The translations under genes and the position numbers were made by a program. The notes beneath the pieces were generated by a model that ran no database searches, was not told the DNA's origin, and worked only from the letters and a program-made list of their open reading frames with translations. This document shows positions 38,673 to 48,800 of a stretch of 64,000 bases of DNA, piece by piece (positions within the stretch are counted from its first letter, which is position 1; the number at the start of each line of letters is the position of its first letter). The DNA comes from Corallococcus sp. NCRR (GTDB lineage: Bacteria > Myxococcota > Myxococcia > Myxococcales > Myxococcaceae): the NCBI RefSeq assembly GCF_026965535.1, contig NZ_CP114039.1, positions 8,099,461-8,163,460 of the forward strand. The letters are read 5' to 3'.

Positions 38673-40001
38673 CTAGAGCTGGCGGATGGCGCGCACTTCG
38701 ACGCTGACCGGGGCTTCAGGACGCGACGCCTCCAGCTTCGCGCAGGCGCTGCCCGTGAACCGCACGCCAGGAGCCTCGGGCTTCGACAGGTCCAGCGACC
38801 AGGTGTCGGGGCCCGCGAGCGTGCGCTCGCCGTCGATGTAGACGACGATGAGCTTCTCATCGGAGGGCAGCTGGCTCGGCTCGAGCTTGGTGAAGCACGG
38901 CTCGCCCGGCTGGATTGCCTCGCTGATCGTCTTCAGCGCGGCCGCCAGCTCCTCGCGATTGCCCGCCTGGTAGAAGGAGCGTCCGCAGAGGCCGGTGTTG
39001 ACGTCGCAGGTGTCCCCCGCGCCGCAGTCGACGGTGGCCTTGCAGGTGCGCGCGTAACCACCGGCGCGGGCCATCTCGTTGAGGACGCTGGGGCCGTCAC
39101 CCGTCGACGTCTCCGCGCCGAAGCCGATGACGATGGTGGAGATCTTGTTCGCCTTCAGCGACTCCACCGCCAGAACGGAGGCGTCCTTGTCGAGGCAACC
39201 CCGCTTGTAATACGGGCTCTGCTCCGCCGAGCACTGCGTCGGCTCCTCGAGCGTGCAGCGGCAGGAGGTGTTGCTGCCGTTGTTCGCGTTGTTGTCGTTG
39301 CAGTTGGGCAGACCGTCGGTCAGCAGGATGATGATCTGATCGCGTTCCTCGGATGGGGGACCGAGGAGGGTGCTCGTGAACACCAGGCTCTGCGCGGTCG
39401 GCGTACCACCCTGGGGGCGGTTCGCGCCACCGTTGGGGATGGACTGGATGCTGTCATTCACCGAGTTCGCGTGGAGCTGGAGTTCCTCGTCCGAGTCCTT
39501 GTCGAAGGGGATGGCGACGCGGACGCTCTCTCCGGTGGCGGCGGGCGAGCACAACTGGGCGGCGCTCGGCTTCTGCGGAGGCGGCAGCACAGGCGGGGGC
39601 GCCGGATAGGTCGTCAGACCGAAGCGGACCAGCTTGCCGCTCTCCGCGAGGAACGGGCCCATCGCTCCCTGGAGCTCGCTCCAACGCGTGGGGCACTTCG
39701 AGGTGTCGCAGGGGTAGTCGTCGCGGCAGGTGAAGGTGAAGCCGTCCTGGGTCAGGTCACAGACGCGCGTGCCGTTGACGACCAGGTCCTTGTTGACCGG
39801 CAGGGTCATCGAGCCGGAGATGTCCACGAGGAGCATCACGTCCGGCTTGCTCCTGCGGGCTTTGATCACCGCCTCCACGGTCGTCTGGGCGATCGCGAGC
39901 GGATCCACCGGCTCGAAGTCATACGTCTGACAGCCGGCCATCACGGCGATACCGAGGGTGCCGGCCAGCAGTGCGCTCAGGGGGGTCGACTTGGCGCGCA
40001 T
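38673..40001 (-). CDS. von Willebrand factor A domain lipoprotein with Cys-rich insert
   Basis: Start at MRAKSTPLSALLAGTLGIAVMAGC (lipobox). MIDAS-like DISGSM..T motif. C-terminal region carries at least 14 Cys. Confidence 0.65.
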   Translation of the reverse strand: MRAKSTPLSALLAGTLGIAVMAGCQTYDFEPVDPLAIAQTTVEAVIKARRSKPDVMLLVDISGSMTLPVNKDLVVNGTRVCDLTQDGFTFTCRDDYPCDTSKCPTRWSELQGAMGPFLAESGKLVRFGLTTYPAPPPVLPPPQKPSAAQLCSPAATGESVRVAIPFDKDSDEELQLHANSVNDSIQSIPNGGANRPQGGTPTAQSLVFTSTLLGPPSEERDQIIILLTDGLPNCNDNNANNGSNTSCRCTLEEPTQCSAEQSPYYKRGCLDKDASVLAVESLKANKISTIVIGFGAETSTGDGPSVLNEMARAGGYARTCKATVDCGAGDTCDVNTGLCGRSFYQAGNREELAAALKTISEAIQPGEPCFTKLEPSQLPSDEKLIVVYIDGERTLAGPDTWSLDLSKPEAPGVRFTGSACAKLEASRPEAPVSVEVRAIRQL

Positions 40002-40217
40002 AGGCTTTGAGGATTCCTTCCAGGGGGGAACAACGAACTGCGAATGCCCCAGCGTAACGCGTGGACGCCCACCGAGGCTACAGCGACGCGCGGCAGGCAG
40101 GTTCCATTCAGGTAGTGCTGCCAAGTTGCAACGTCAGGCGATCCGCGAGGGCGAGTCCGGTTCCCCTGTCGGACATCCGCCTCCTTCCGGAGGGAGGGGA
40201 CCGGCGCGGGTGTCCGA

Positions 40218-40610
40218 TCATAGCGTGAGGACGCGCGCGCCGTCCGTCAGCCTCCAGATGGAGGCCAGGCCCATGACTTCATCCAGCGTGCCGTGCAGTT
40301 CCTGGGGCGACAGGCCACAGATGCGCACCGTGGTGTCGCAGGCCACGAGCTTCGCCCCCAGCGCGCGCGCCTCCTCCAGCATGCGGGCCGGGGTGGGCAC
40401 ATTGAGCCCTTCTGCCCGGGCCGCCTCGGTGCGCTCCCGCTCGCTGTGCGCCAGGCCGAAGCTGCCGCGGACCAGCTGGCGCAGGGCCTCGAAGGCGAAG
40501 ACGAAGTAGACGTCGTCGCCCATCGCGGCGGCGGTGATGCCCATGGAGGCCGCTTGATAGGCGGGCTCGTACGTGGCGTGTTGGAGGAAGAAGAAGACGC
40601 GTCCGGCCAT
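40218..40610 (-). CDS. DsrE/DsrF-like family protein
   Basis: 130 aa, weak family-level resemblance only. Confidence 0.5.
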   Translation of the reverse strand: MAGRVFFFLQHATYEPAYQAASMGITAAAMGDDVYFVFAFEALRQLVRGSFGLAHSERERTEAARAEGLNVPTPARMLEEARALGAKLVACDTTVRICGLSPQELHGTLDEVMGLASIWRLTDGARVLTL

Positions 40611-40691
40611 GGTGGACCGACCTTAGCGTTATCGAGTCCGGACCGGCAGCCGTCGTATAACGGGGCTCCCCTTCCCTACCGGGAGCCCCGC

Positions 40692-41342
40692 ATGCCGAGC
40701 CAGCCGTCCCGCCCCCGCGGTGTTCGTCCCTCGCCGGTCCCGTCCCGCTCCGCCTCCTCGCGATGGGTGGCGCTGGCCGGTCTCGCCGTGCTCGCGGGCG
40801 TGGGGCCCGTGTCCGAAGCAGCTCCCGTCCCCGCGAAGACCTCCGGTGTGGCTTCCATGTCCGCCGCCGTTCCCGCGCCGCTGCGCACGGAGGCACTGGG
40901 ACTGCTCTCACAGCCGACCGTGGTGCCCGAGACGGCGTGGCGCAGGTTCGGGCCGGAGGTCGTGCCCGTGCTCGCGGCGCTGGCGGAGGACACGAGCCTC
41001 CCGGCTGCGCAGCGGATGCGGGCCGTGACGGCGCTGGCCCGCGTGGAGTCGCCCGAGGCGGGACAGACGCTCCAGGCGATGCTGGAGGATCCACACCGGC
41101 CTTCGGAGGTCCGCTCCCAAGCGGCGGCCGCGCTGGGCCAGCGGTTGGGGTTCGAGGCCGTGAAGACACTGCAGGCTCGCTTGGAGGACCGCGACCTGCG
41201 GCTGCGTGAGGCCGTCGCCCAGGCGCTTGGACGGCTGGGTGGTCAGCGGGTGCGCGAGGTGCTGGAGGAGCGGCTCCCCCTGGAGGACGTTCCCCAGGTG
41301 CGTGAAGCGCTCCAGCAGGGCCTCACGCTCGCGGAGCCCTGA
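40692..41342 (+). CDS. HEAT-repeat protein, secreted
   Basis: Start at MPSQPSRPRG. The ORF-track start at 40293 overlaps the DsrE-like gene. Repeated AAL..LG motifs typical of PBS lyase/HEAT repeats. Confidence 0.55.
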   Translation: MPSQPSRPRGVRPSPVPSRSASSRWVALAGLAVLAGVGPVSEAAPVPAKTSGVASMSAAVPAPLRTEALGLLSQPTVVPETAWRRFGPEVVPVLAALAEDTSLPAAQRMRAVTALARVESPEAGQTLQAMLEDPHRPSEVRSQAAAALGQRLGFEAVKTLQARLEDRDLRLREAVAQALGRLGGQRVREVLEERLPLEDVPQVREALQQGLTLAEP

Positions 41343-41429
41343 GCCGGGCGCCGGGCATGGTGCGGGCGGCCGCCCTGGTGGGCCGCTCGGGGCTCGCGTC
41401 GGGCGGGACCTTCCGTTAGATGGGAGGCC

Positions 41430-42125
41430 ATGCGCCCCACCGTCCTCCTTTTCGATATCGATGGCACCCTCGTCACCACGGGCGGTGCCGGCCGCCGTGC
41501 CATGGGCCTGGCCTTCGAACAGCTTCACCGGCGGCGCGACGCGTGCGACGGCTTCAGCATGTCCGGCATGACGGACCGGGCCATCGTCCGCAAGGCGCTG
41601 GGCATCATCGGCCAGCCCGACACCGAGGACACCATCAGCGCGGTCATCGACGCGTACGTCGCCCACCTGGGGCTGGAGGTTCCCAAGGTCGATGCGCGCG
41701 AGTACCGGCTGCACCCGGGCATGCGTGAGGCCGTGCTGGAGGCCCGCTCGCGGCCGGGCTTCGCGGTGGGCCTGGGCACCGGCAACGTGCGCGCGGGCGC
41801 CAAGGTGAAGCTGGACCGAGTGAACATCCACGACCAGTTCGCCTTCGGAGGGTTCGGCTGCGACTTCGAGGACCGCGTGGCGCTCATCCGCCACGGTGCG
41901 CAGGCCGGAGCGGCGCAGCTGGGGCAGCCGCTGGAGGCGTGCCGGGTGGTGATCATCGGTGACACGCCGAAGGACGTCGCGGCCGCCAAGGGCATTGGCG
42001 CGGAGACGATTGGCGTGGGCACCGGCAATTTCACGCCCCAGGCGCTGCGCGACGCCGGCGCCGAGTGGGCCTTCGCGGATTTCTCCGCCTCCGGAGCCAT
42101 GGAGGCCCTGCTCGTCGGCCGGTGA
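41430..42125 (+). CDS. HAD-superfamily hydrolase (phosphoglycolate phosphatase-like)
   Basis: LLFDIDGTLV motif I. GTGN motif. Confidence 0.75.
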   Translation: MRPTVLLFDIDGTLVTTGGAGRRAMGLAFEQLHRRRDACDGFSMSGMTDRAIVRKALGIIGQPDTEDTISAVIDAYVAHLGLEVPKVDAREYRLHPGMREAVLEARSRPGFAVGLGTGNVRAGAKVKLDRVNIHDQFAFGGFGCDFEDRVALIRHGAQAGAAQLGQPLEACRVVIIGDTPKDVAAAKGIGAETIGVGTGNFTPQALRDAGAEWAFADFSASGAMEALLVGR

Positions 42126-42167
42126 AGGTGTGGTATCTCCGCCGCCCCTCCGAGGAGTCGTTCACGC

Positions 42168-43292
42168 ATGTCGTCCACGCTCGAATCCTATGAGCTGATC
42201 CGCTTCGCCGAGGCCTTCGAGGCCCGACTCGCCACGGCGGAGGAGATGGTCGTCGGCAGGCCGGGGCTGGAGGCCGAGAAGCAGTGGCTGGCCTCCGCGC
42301 TGGAACGCCTGCGCGAGGCACGTGAGCCCGCGGGCGGCCTGCTGGAACAGGTGAAGGACCTGCCAGAGCTCGACGAGGCCCGCGAGGAGTTCTCGTTCGA
42401 TCAGCAGGGCCGCTGGGTGGATGCGCTGGAGAAGCTGCACGCCGGCATCACCTTCACCGCCAGCAGCCGCGCGCCCGTCATCGAAGCCCTCTTCCCCCAC
42501 CTCAAGTTCCCGCAGCTGCGCCGGGCGCCCCTGGAGCTGGTCAACGAGTACGCCACGTCGTACGAGCGGCGGCTCAAGAGCGCCTACGTCACCCGCATCT
42601 TCTCCCGCGACGACTTCGCCATGGTCCGCCCCGTCGTGGATCAGGTCGCCGCGACGTTCGCCGCGTGGACCGCGAGCCTGACCCCCACTCCCCTGCCCCC
42701 GGAGCAGGAGGCGGCCCTGCGCGAGGCGCTGGTGGCGCTGGGACGGCGCCTGGACGTGGCGCTGCGGCAGGGGCGGCTGCTCGCCGAGGCCGCGCTCGTT
42801 CCCGTGCCCGGGGTCTTCGAGGCCGCGGGCCTCACCCTCAAGCCCCGGAAGCGCGCGGGCAAGTCGCTCGCGCTCTCCGCCGAGGACGGGGCCTCGGACC
42901 TCTTCGGTGAGGAGGGCGACGCCGGCCAGGAGGAGGCGTTCGAGGGGACCGAAGAGGCTTCCGGGGAAGACCCGATGGAGGCAGCTCCCGACGAGCCGGA
43001 GATTCAGGCTCCCCTGGAGGAGCCCGAGCCCGTGGCGGAGGCTGGCGACTCCGAGCCCCAGGCTTCGGACAGTGGCTCCGAGGATGCCGCCGCTGCCGCC
43101 GAACCCGTCGCCTCGGAGGCTCCCGTCGCGCCGCGTCCCGCCCGGCGGGGCCGGCCTCCGAAGAACGCCGCTCCAGTTGCCGAGCCCGCGCAGGCCGAAG
43201 CCCCATCTGACGCTCCGGCTTCCGGTGCTCCGGAGGCCGTGCGACCCAAGCGACGCAAGAAGACCGACCCGTCCGAGGCTGGCACGCCTTGA
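42168..43292 (+). CDS. Hypothetical protein with acidic low-complexity C-terminus and AT-hook (RGRPPK)
   Basis: 374 aa. N-terminal helical domain, E/D/A-rich tail, PARRGRPPKN AT-hook motif. Confidence 0.5.
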   Translation: MSSTLESYELIRFAEAFEARLATAEEMVVGRPGLEAEKQWLASALERLREAREPAGGLLEQVKDLPELDEAREEFSFDQQGRWVDALEKLHAGITFTASSRAPVIEALFPHLKFPQLRRAPLELVNEYATSYERRLKSAYVTRIFSRDDFAMVRPVVDQVAATFAAWTASLTPTPLPPEQEAALREALVALGRRLDVALRQGRLLAEAALVPVPGVFEAAGLTLKPRKRAGKSLALSAEDGASDLFGEEGDAGQEEAFEGTEEASGEDPMEAAPDEPEIQAPLEEPEPVAEAGDSEPQASDSGSEDAAAAAEPVASEAPVAPRPARRGRPPKNAAPVAEPAQAEAPSDAPASGAPEAVRPKRRKKTDPSEAGTP

Positions 43293-43319
43293 GACCCGAC
43301 GCGCGGTGAGTGCCCCGCC

Positions 43320-45902
43320 GTGAAGAGGAACCCGGACATGGCGGACGTCGCCCTTCCCATCGATCCCCTCCTGCCCGACATCGTCTCCACGCTCCGGAGC
43401 TCGCGGTCACTCGTGCTGGAGGCGCCTCCTGGCGCGGGCAAGACGACCCGCGTTCCCCGCGCGCTCTTGGAGGCAGGGCTGGGCGCGGGCAAGGAGATCG
43501 TCGTCCTCCAGCCCCGGCGGCTGCCCACCCGGCTCGCCGCGCAGCGCGTGTCCGAGGAGATTGGCGAGCGCGTGGGCGAGACCGTGGGCTACCAGGTCCG
43601 CTTCGAGGACGTCCGCGGCCCCAAGACGCGCATGTCCTTCGTCACCGAGGGCGTGCTCGGACGCCGCCTGCTCACCGACTCCACCTTGCGCGACGTGGGC
43701 ATCGTCGTGCTCGATGAGTTCCACGAGCGGCACCTGTCCGCGGACATCTCGCTCGCGCTCCTGCGGCGGCTGCAGGAGACGGCGCGCCCCGACCTCAAGC
43801 TCGTGGTGATGTCCGCGACCCTGGAGGCCGAGCCCGTCCGCGCGTACCTGGGCGGCGCCCCGTCCCTGCGCTCCGAGGGCCGCCGCTTCGACGTCAGCGT
43901 CGAGTACCTGTCCGCCCCGGATGAGCGGCACCTGGATCAACAGGTGCTCTCCGCGCTCAAGCGCCTGTTCACCCAGGGAGTCGACGGCGACGTGCTCGTG
44001 TTCCTTCCCGGTGCCGGGGAGATCCGCCGCGCGCGCGACACCTGCGCGGAGTTCGCCGAGCGGCACGACGCCGACGTGCTCCCGCTCCATGGAGACCTCT
44101 CTCCCGCGGAACAGGACCGCGCCGTGCGCCGCAGCTCGCGCCGGAAGATCATCCTGTCCACCAACGTCGCGGAGACCTCCGTCACCATCGACGGCGTCGC
44201 GGTCGTCATCGACAGCGGGCTGGCGCGTGTGGCGTCCCACTCTCCCTGGTCCGGGCTGCCGCAGCTCAAGCTGGGCAAGGTGAGCCGGGCCTCCGCCGTG
44301 CAGCGCGCCGGCCGCGCGGGCCGCACCCGCGCCGGGCACTGCGTGCGCCTCTACACCCAGCACGACTTCGACGGCCGGCCTGATCAGGAGGCCCCGGAGA
44401 TCCGCCGCACCGACCTGGCCGAAACGGTGCTCTCGCTGCGCGCGGCGGGCGTGAAGGACCTGACGGCGTTCCCGTTCTTCGAGCCGCCCCCCGCCCCCGC
44501 GCTGGAGGCCGCGGAGACGCTGCTGCGCCGGCTGGGCGCGGTGGACGCGAAGGGCCAGGTGACGGCCGTGGGCCAGCGGCTCCTGCGCTTCCCCGTGCAC
44601 CCGCGCCAGGCGCGCGTCATCGTCGAGGGCGAGCGCCGAGGCGTGGGCGGTGAGGCCGCCGTGCTCGCGGCCCTCATGGGTGAACGCGACATCCGCCGTG
44701 AGGCCCGCGCCAACCTGGGGGGCGGGGGCCGGGCGTCCGCGCTCGTCAGCGGGCCTTCCGACCTGCTGGAGCTCCTGGAGCGCTTCCGCGAGGCCGGCCG
44801 TTCGGGCTTCGCCTCCGGCCGCATGCAGTCGCTGTCCCTGGACGCGGGCGCGGTGCAGTCCGTGGAGCGCGTGCAGAAGCAGCTGCGCCGCACGGTGCGG
44901 GAACAGGGCGCTCGCCCCGGCCGTCCCGAGGACGTGGAGCAAGCGCTGATGCTCAGCGTGCTCGCGGGCTATCCGGACCGCGTGGCCCGCAGGCGGAGGC
45001 CGCGCTCGCCGGAGCTGCTCATGTTCGGCGGCGGCACCACCAGCCTGTCCGAGTTCAGCGTCGTGCAGGACGCGGACCTGATGGTCGCCGTGGACGCGGA
45101 GGAGCGCCCGGGCCGCGGCGCCGTCGTGCGGCTCGCCAGCACCGTGGAGGCCGAGTGGCTGCTGGACCTCTACCCGGAGGCGTTGGAGGAGGTGGACACC
45201 CTCCAGTGGAACGCGGACTCGCGCCGCGTGGAGCGCCTCACCCGGCTGGCCTACGGCAACCTGGTGCTGGAGGAGACGCGCACGCCCGCGCCACCGTCCG
45301 AGGAGGCCGCGCGCGTGCTGGTTGAAGCCGCGCTGGCCGCGGGCCCGGAGCGCTTCGCGGAGCCCGAGGCGCTGGAGCAGTGGCGCACCCGCGTGGCGCT
45401 TCTGGGCAAGGCGTTCCCCGAGGCGGGCTTCCCCACCGTGGACGCGGCCTTCATGCGCGACGCGCTGGCGTCCCTGTGCGTGGGCGCGCGCAGCTTCTCC
45501 GACCTGGAGGGCGTGTCGCTGCTGGATGCGCTCTACGCGCGGCTCACCTCCGAGCAGCAGCGGCTCTTGGCGAACCACGCCCCCGAGCGCGTCACCCTGC
45601 CCGGCGGGCGCGGCGTGAAGGTGCACTACGAGCCCAACAAGCCCCCCTGGGTGGAGTCACGGCTGCAGGACTTCTTCGGGATGGCGCAGGGGCCCAGCGT
45701 GGGCGCGGGCCGCGTGCCGCTGGTGCTGCACCTGCTGGCTCCCAACATGCGCGCCGTCCAGGTGACCACGGACCTGGCGGGCTTCTGGGAGCGTCACTAC
45801 CCGGCGATCCGCAAGGAGCTGTGCCGCAAGTACCCCCGGCACTCGTGGCCCGAGGATCCGCGCCACGCCGAGCCACCCGCGCCCCGTCCTCCGAGGCGCT
45901 GA
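43320..45902 (+). CDS. hrpB: ATP-dependent RNA helicase HrpB (DEAH box)
   Basis: 860 aa. GAGKTT Walker A, DEFH motif, C-terminal HrpB domain. Confidence 0.9.
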   Translation: MKRNPDMADVALPIDPLLPDIVSTLRSSRSLVLEAPPGAGKTTRVPRALLEAGLGAGKEIVVLQPRRLPTRLAAQRVSEEIGERVGETVGYQVRFEDVRGPKTRMSFVTEGVLGRRLLTDSTLRDVGIVVLDEFHERHLSADISLALLRRLQETARPDLKLVVMSATLEAEPVRAYLGGAPSLRSEGRRFDVSVEYLSAPDERHLDQQVLSALKRLFTQGVDGDVLVFLPGAGEIRRARDTCAEFAERHDADVLPLHGDLSPAEQDRAVRRSSRRKIILSTNVAETSVTIDGVAVVIDSGLARVASHSPWSGLPQLKLGKVSRASAVQRAGRAGRTRAGHCVRLYTQHDFDGRPDQEAPEIRRTDLAETVLSLRAAGVKDLTAFPFFEPPPAPALEAAETLLRRLGAVDAKGQVTAVGQRLLRFPVHPRQARVIVEGERRGVGGEAAVLAALMGERDIRREARANLGGGGRASALVSGPSDLLELLERFREAGRSGFASGRMQSLSLDAGAVQSVERVQKQLRRTVREQGARPGRPEDVEQALMLSVLAGYPDRVARRRRPRSPELLMFGGGTTSLSEFSVVQDADLMVAVDAEERPGRGAVVRLASTVEAEWLLDLYPEALEEVDTLQWNADSRRVERLTRLAYGNLVLEETRTPAPPSEEAARVLVEAALAAGPERFAEPEALEQWRTRVALLGKAFPEAGFPTVDAAFMRDALASLCVGARSFSDLEGVSLLDALYARLTSEQQRLLANHAPERVTLPGGRGVKVHYEPNKPPWVESRLQDFFGMAQGPSVGAGRVPLVLHLLAPNMRAVQVTTDLAGFWERHYPAIRKELCRKYPRHSWPEDPRHAEPPAPRPPRR

Positions 45903-45923
45903 CGGAAAGCGCGGCGCGCGGGA

Positions 45924-46403
45924 CTACAGCCGCTTGTGCATCTCCAGGTGGTCGATGCCAGCCTCGTCGAAGACAGCGCCGACGGGCTGGTAGCCGTGCT
46001 TCTTGTAGAAGTCGAGCGCGTAGAGCTGGGCGTGCAGCATGATGCCGTTTACGTTGCGGCGGCGCGCCTCCTCCTCCAGCGACGTGAGGAGCAGCGAGCC
46101 CACGCGGGCCTTGCGGTGCGCCTGGAGTACCGCCATGCGGCCAATCTGGCCCCACGTCCCGCTCTGCCCCGCGGGGGGCTCCGGGAGCTTCACCAGCCGG
46201 CCGGTGCCGATGGCGTGGCCACCCTGGTAGGCGATGACGTGGTAGGCGTGGGCGTCCTCGGCGTCGCGCTCGATGCCCTCGGGCACGTGCTGCTCCTCGA
46301 TGAACACCACCTCGCGGATGGCGAGGGCCTGCATGAGCTCCGCCTCGTCCTTGATGTGGGCGATGGTGACGGGTGCCGGGGAAGTCTCTGGAGGCGTCGG
46401 CAT
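45924..46403 (-). CDS. GNAT-family N-acetyltransferase
   Basis: Start at MPTPPETSPAP. RxxGxG/A acetyl-CoA motif region QIGRMAVLQAHRKARVGSLLL. The ORF-track 631 aa extension was rejected. Confidence 0.75.
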   Translation of the reverse strand: MPTPPETSPAPVTIAHIKDEAELMQALAIREVVFIEEQHVPEGIERDAEDAHAYHVIAYQGGHAIGTGRLVKLPEPPAGQSGTWGQIGRMAVLQAHRKARVGSLLLTSLEEEARRRNVNGIMLHAQLYALDFYKKHGYQPVGAVFDEAGIDHLEMHKRL

Positions 46404-46664
46404 GGCTGAGGGCAAGGTACACAAAAGCCCGCGCCGCCAACAGGCGGAAAAAACCACGGCCTGCCGCCCCGGCATCCCCCCCGCGCGGCCGGTCCGTCCC
46501 CTGCCCCCTGGCCGCGAAAGGGCTTGTCGCGAAAGCCCCGCCGCATCGGGTCGGCTGGTCGCGATTGCCCTCTCACGTCGGGGCCATGGCGGGTTCCACT
46601 CCGCGCATGGGCGGACGGCCCGGAGGAGGATCACCCCGGGGAGGGCATGGTAGGGTTCAGGCCA

Positions 46665-47714
46665 ATGCGTACCCGTGCCCTCTTCGCCCTGTCCGTGGGC
46701 CTGCTGTCGACGCCCGCGCTCGCCCAGAAGGAGTTCTTTTTTGGAACGGGAGAGCCGCCCGTGTTCCGCGAAGCGGACATGGACAAGCGGTTCCTCCGCT
46801 CCCGCGTCAATCAGGCCCTGGTGCAGGGGACGAGCGACGCGAACTGCGCGCAGCTCGTGGGCGCGCTGCTCACCATCGTGGGCGAGTCCGCGCCGTACCT
46901 GCACAAGCGCGACGAGAACTTCTACCTGGACCCCGCGCTGATCCAGGCGCTGGGCACGCAGCTGTCCACCCCGCGCTTCCCGGCCAACATGTACCTGGTG
47001 TCGATGATGCGCCGGGTGCTCATCGACAAGCGGCTGCCGCCGGAGTGGATGCAGACGGCGGTGGCGCTCGCGCCGTACTACCCGCCGCTGGACTTGAGCA
47101 AGCTGCGCTTCATCGCGGATGGCGTGAAGCCCGTGGACAGCTTCTTCTTCACGCTGCCCGCGATGCTGGAGCGCTACGACGTGGAGGTCCTCAAGGCCAA
47201 CACCACCGCGGCCAGCGTGGCGGACGCGAAGTTCCGCGACGACTACCTCGACAAGGAGGTGGCCTTCGCGGGGCTGGAGTTCATCGACGCGAAGCTGGAG
47301 AAGCCCAAGAAGAAGAGCAAGAAGGGCCCTCCGCCGGAGCCTCCCGCGCTGGTGGCCCGGCTCATGTTCTACCTGCCGGATCCGGGCAATGACGGCCTGC
47401 TGTCGGGGCTCACCTACGGCAAGCCCAAGGTGCGGCCCGCCATCACCATCACGGCGCGGCTGAAGGACGACCAGTACACGCCGCTGACGCAGCTGCCGAA
47501 GGGCGCTCGCGTGCTCCTGCGCGGCCGCTTCTGGGAGTACCGCAAGCAGCTCAAGGAGCTGGAGGTGCGCGACGCGTACCTCTTCCAGGATCGCGACTGG
47601 GCCCAGAACCCCGCGCTCGCGGATCCGAACGCCGTGGCGGCCTGTCCGCTCGCGTTCAACGACCTGACGGGCACCGCGCCCGTGCAGCCGGGCGGCTTCG
47701 GCAGCAAGCGCTGA
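46665..47714 (+). CDS. Secreted hypothetical protein
   Basis: Start at MRTRALFALSVGLLSTPALA (signal peptide). Confidence 0.5.
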   Translation: MRTRALFALSVGLLSTPALAQKEFFFGTGEPPVFREADMDKRFLRSRVNQALVQGTSDANCAQLVGALLTIVGESAPYLHKRDENFYLDPALIQALGTQLSTPRFPANMYLVSMMRRVLIDKRLPPEWMQTAVALAPYYPPLDLSKLRFIADGVKPVDSFFFTLPAMLERYDVEVLKANTTAASVADAKFRDDYLDKEVAFAGLEFIDAKLEKPKKKSKKGPPPEPPALVARLMFYLPDPGNDGLLSGLTYGKPKVRPAITITARLKDDQYTPLTQLPKGARVLLRGRFWEYRKQLKELEVRDAYLFQDRDWAQNPALADPNAVAACPLAFNDLTGTAPVQPGGFGSKR

Positions 47715-47863
47715 AGCGCGCCGTCCCGCGTTCCGCACGCCCATCCCAAAGGCGGCACCCCACCGTGCCGCCTCCCGCGCGCGCCCTCCTCCCGGGAGCG
47801 CGCCCCGCCTGACTGGCACGGCCGCTGCTCATGCCCGCGCATCCCTTGCGCGCGAGGCATGCC

Positions 47864-48688
47864 ATGAAGGTCGAAGGTCAGGACGCCCCTTCCGGAAACG
47901 AGAAGGCCCCCCCGGAGAAGGACGCGTTCAAACAGGTCCTCCAGCGGTCTTCCGGACGGCCCGGTCCCCCATCCCGTCCCGGCGCCCGCCGCGAACCCGG
48001 GGCTCCCGGCCCCCTTCCGAAGCCCGGCCTGCTCCGTGCCGGGGGACAGGCGCCGGGGACAGCGACGCGGGCCACTCCCGCGCTTCCCGGCGTCCGTGCG
48101 GCGGGGGCCCTCCTCTCGACGACGCGCAGCGCGCTGGGGAGCCCGGAGACGCTCGGCCAGGCCCGGCAGGGCATGCACGTGGAGGCGCGGCGGCTGGGGA
48201 CGGTGCGCCAGGAGGCGCTCACGGAAGGCGGGACGCAGGCCTCCCACCGGGCGACGGAGTTACTGGCCCGCGAGGTGGAGCGCTCCTTCCGCGCGGAGCC
48301 CCGTCCCGCGCCGGGTCCCCTCGCCTCGCCCACGCGGGATGACCGTTCCCTGGAAGGCCTGTCGCGCCTCACCGCGCTCGACGGGGCTCGCGCGGCGAGC
48401 GGATCCACGCAGAGTGCGGCACCGGCCAGCACGCCCGTCGCGCAGGTCGAGTCCACGCTGGCACTCATCGAGAAGATCGAGGTCTTCGTGAAGTCACAGC
48501 GGCCGGCGCTGGGGCTCAGCCTGCGCGGCCCGCTGGAGGCCACCGTGGAGGTGGAGCGCACGGGGCCCCGGGAGGTGGCGCTGCGCATCCAGGGCCGCCA
48601 CGGGCCCGTTCCCACCGAGGACGTGGCGCGGCTGCGCGACGCGCTGGAGGCCCGGGGGCTGCGGCTCAGCGTCCTCCAGGCGGGGTGA
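47864..48688 (+). CDS. Hypothetical protein with FliK-like (hook-length control) C-terminal domain resemblance
   Basis: Start at MKVEGQD. C-terminal segment LGLSLRGPLEATVEVERTGPREVALRIQG resembles Flg_hook-type domains. Low certainty. Confidence 0.4.
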   Translation: MKVEGQDAPSGNEKAPPEKDAFKQVLQRSSGRPGPPSRPGARREPGAPGPLPKPGLLRAGGQAPGTATRATPALPGVRAAGALLSTTRSALGSPETLGQARQGMHVEARRLGTVRQEALTEGGTQASHRATELLAREVERSFRAEPRPAPGPLASPTRDDRSLEGLSRLTALDGARAASGSTQSAAPASTPVAQVESTLALIEKIEVFVKSQRPALGLSLRGPLEATVEVERTGPREVALRIQGRHGPVPTEDVARLRDALEARGLRLSVLQAG

Positions 48689-48800
48689 ACGTCCGACGAT
48701 GCCCCTTCCCCGCCAGACTCCCGGAACGACGAAGGCCCTCACGCCAGGGGGCGCAAGGGCCTGCATCACGACGGGCGCGCTCGGGCGATTCGGCCCGCGG

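Noticed and set aside
40293-40691. Upstream part of plus-strand ORF 40293..41342
   Set aside because: It overlaps the minus-strand DsrE-like gene. The HEAT-repeat protein starts at the ATG at 40692 with a signal-like N-terminus.
46404-47819. 631 aa minus-strand ORF 45924..47819
   Set aside because: Only the last 159 codons (GNAT domain) are credible. The rest is antisense to the plus-strand secreted-protein gene and is low-complexity.
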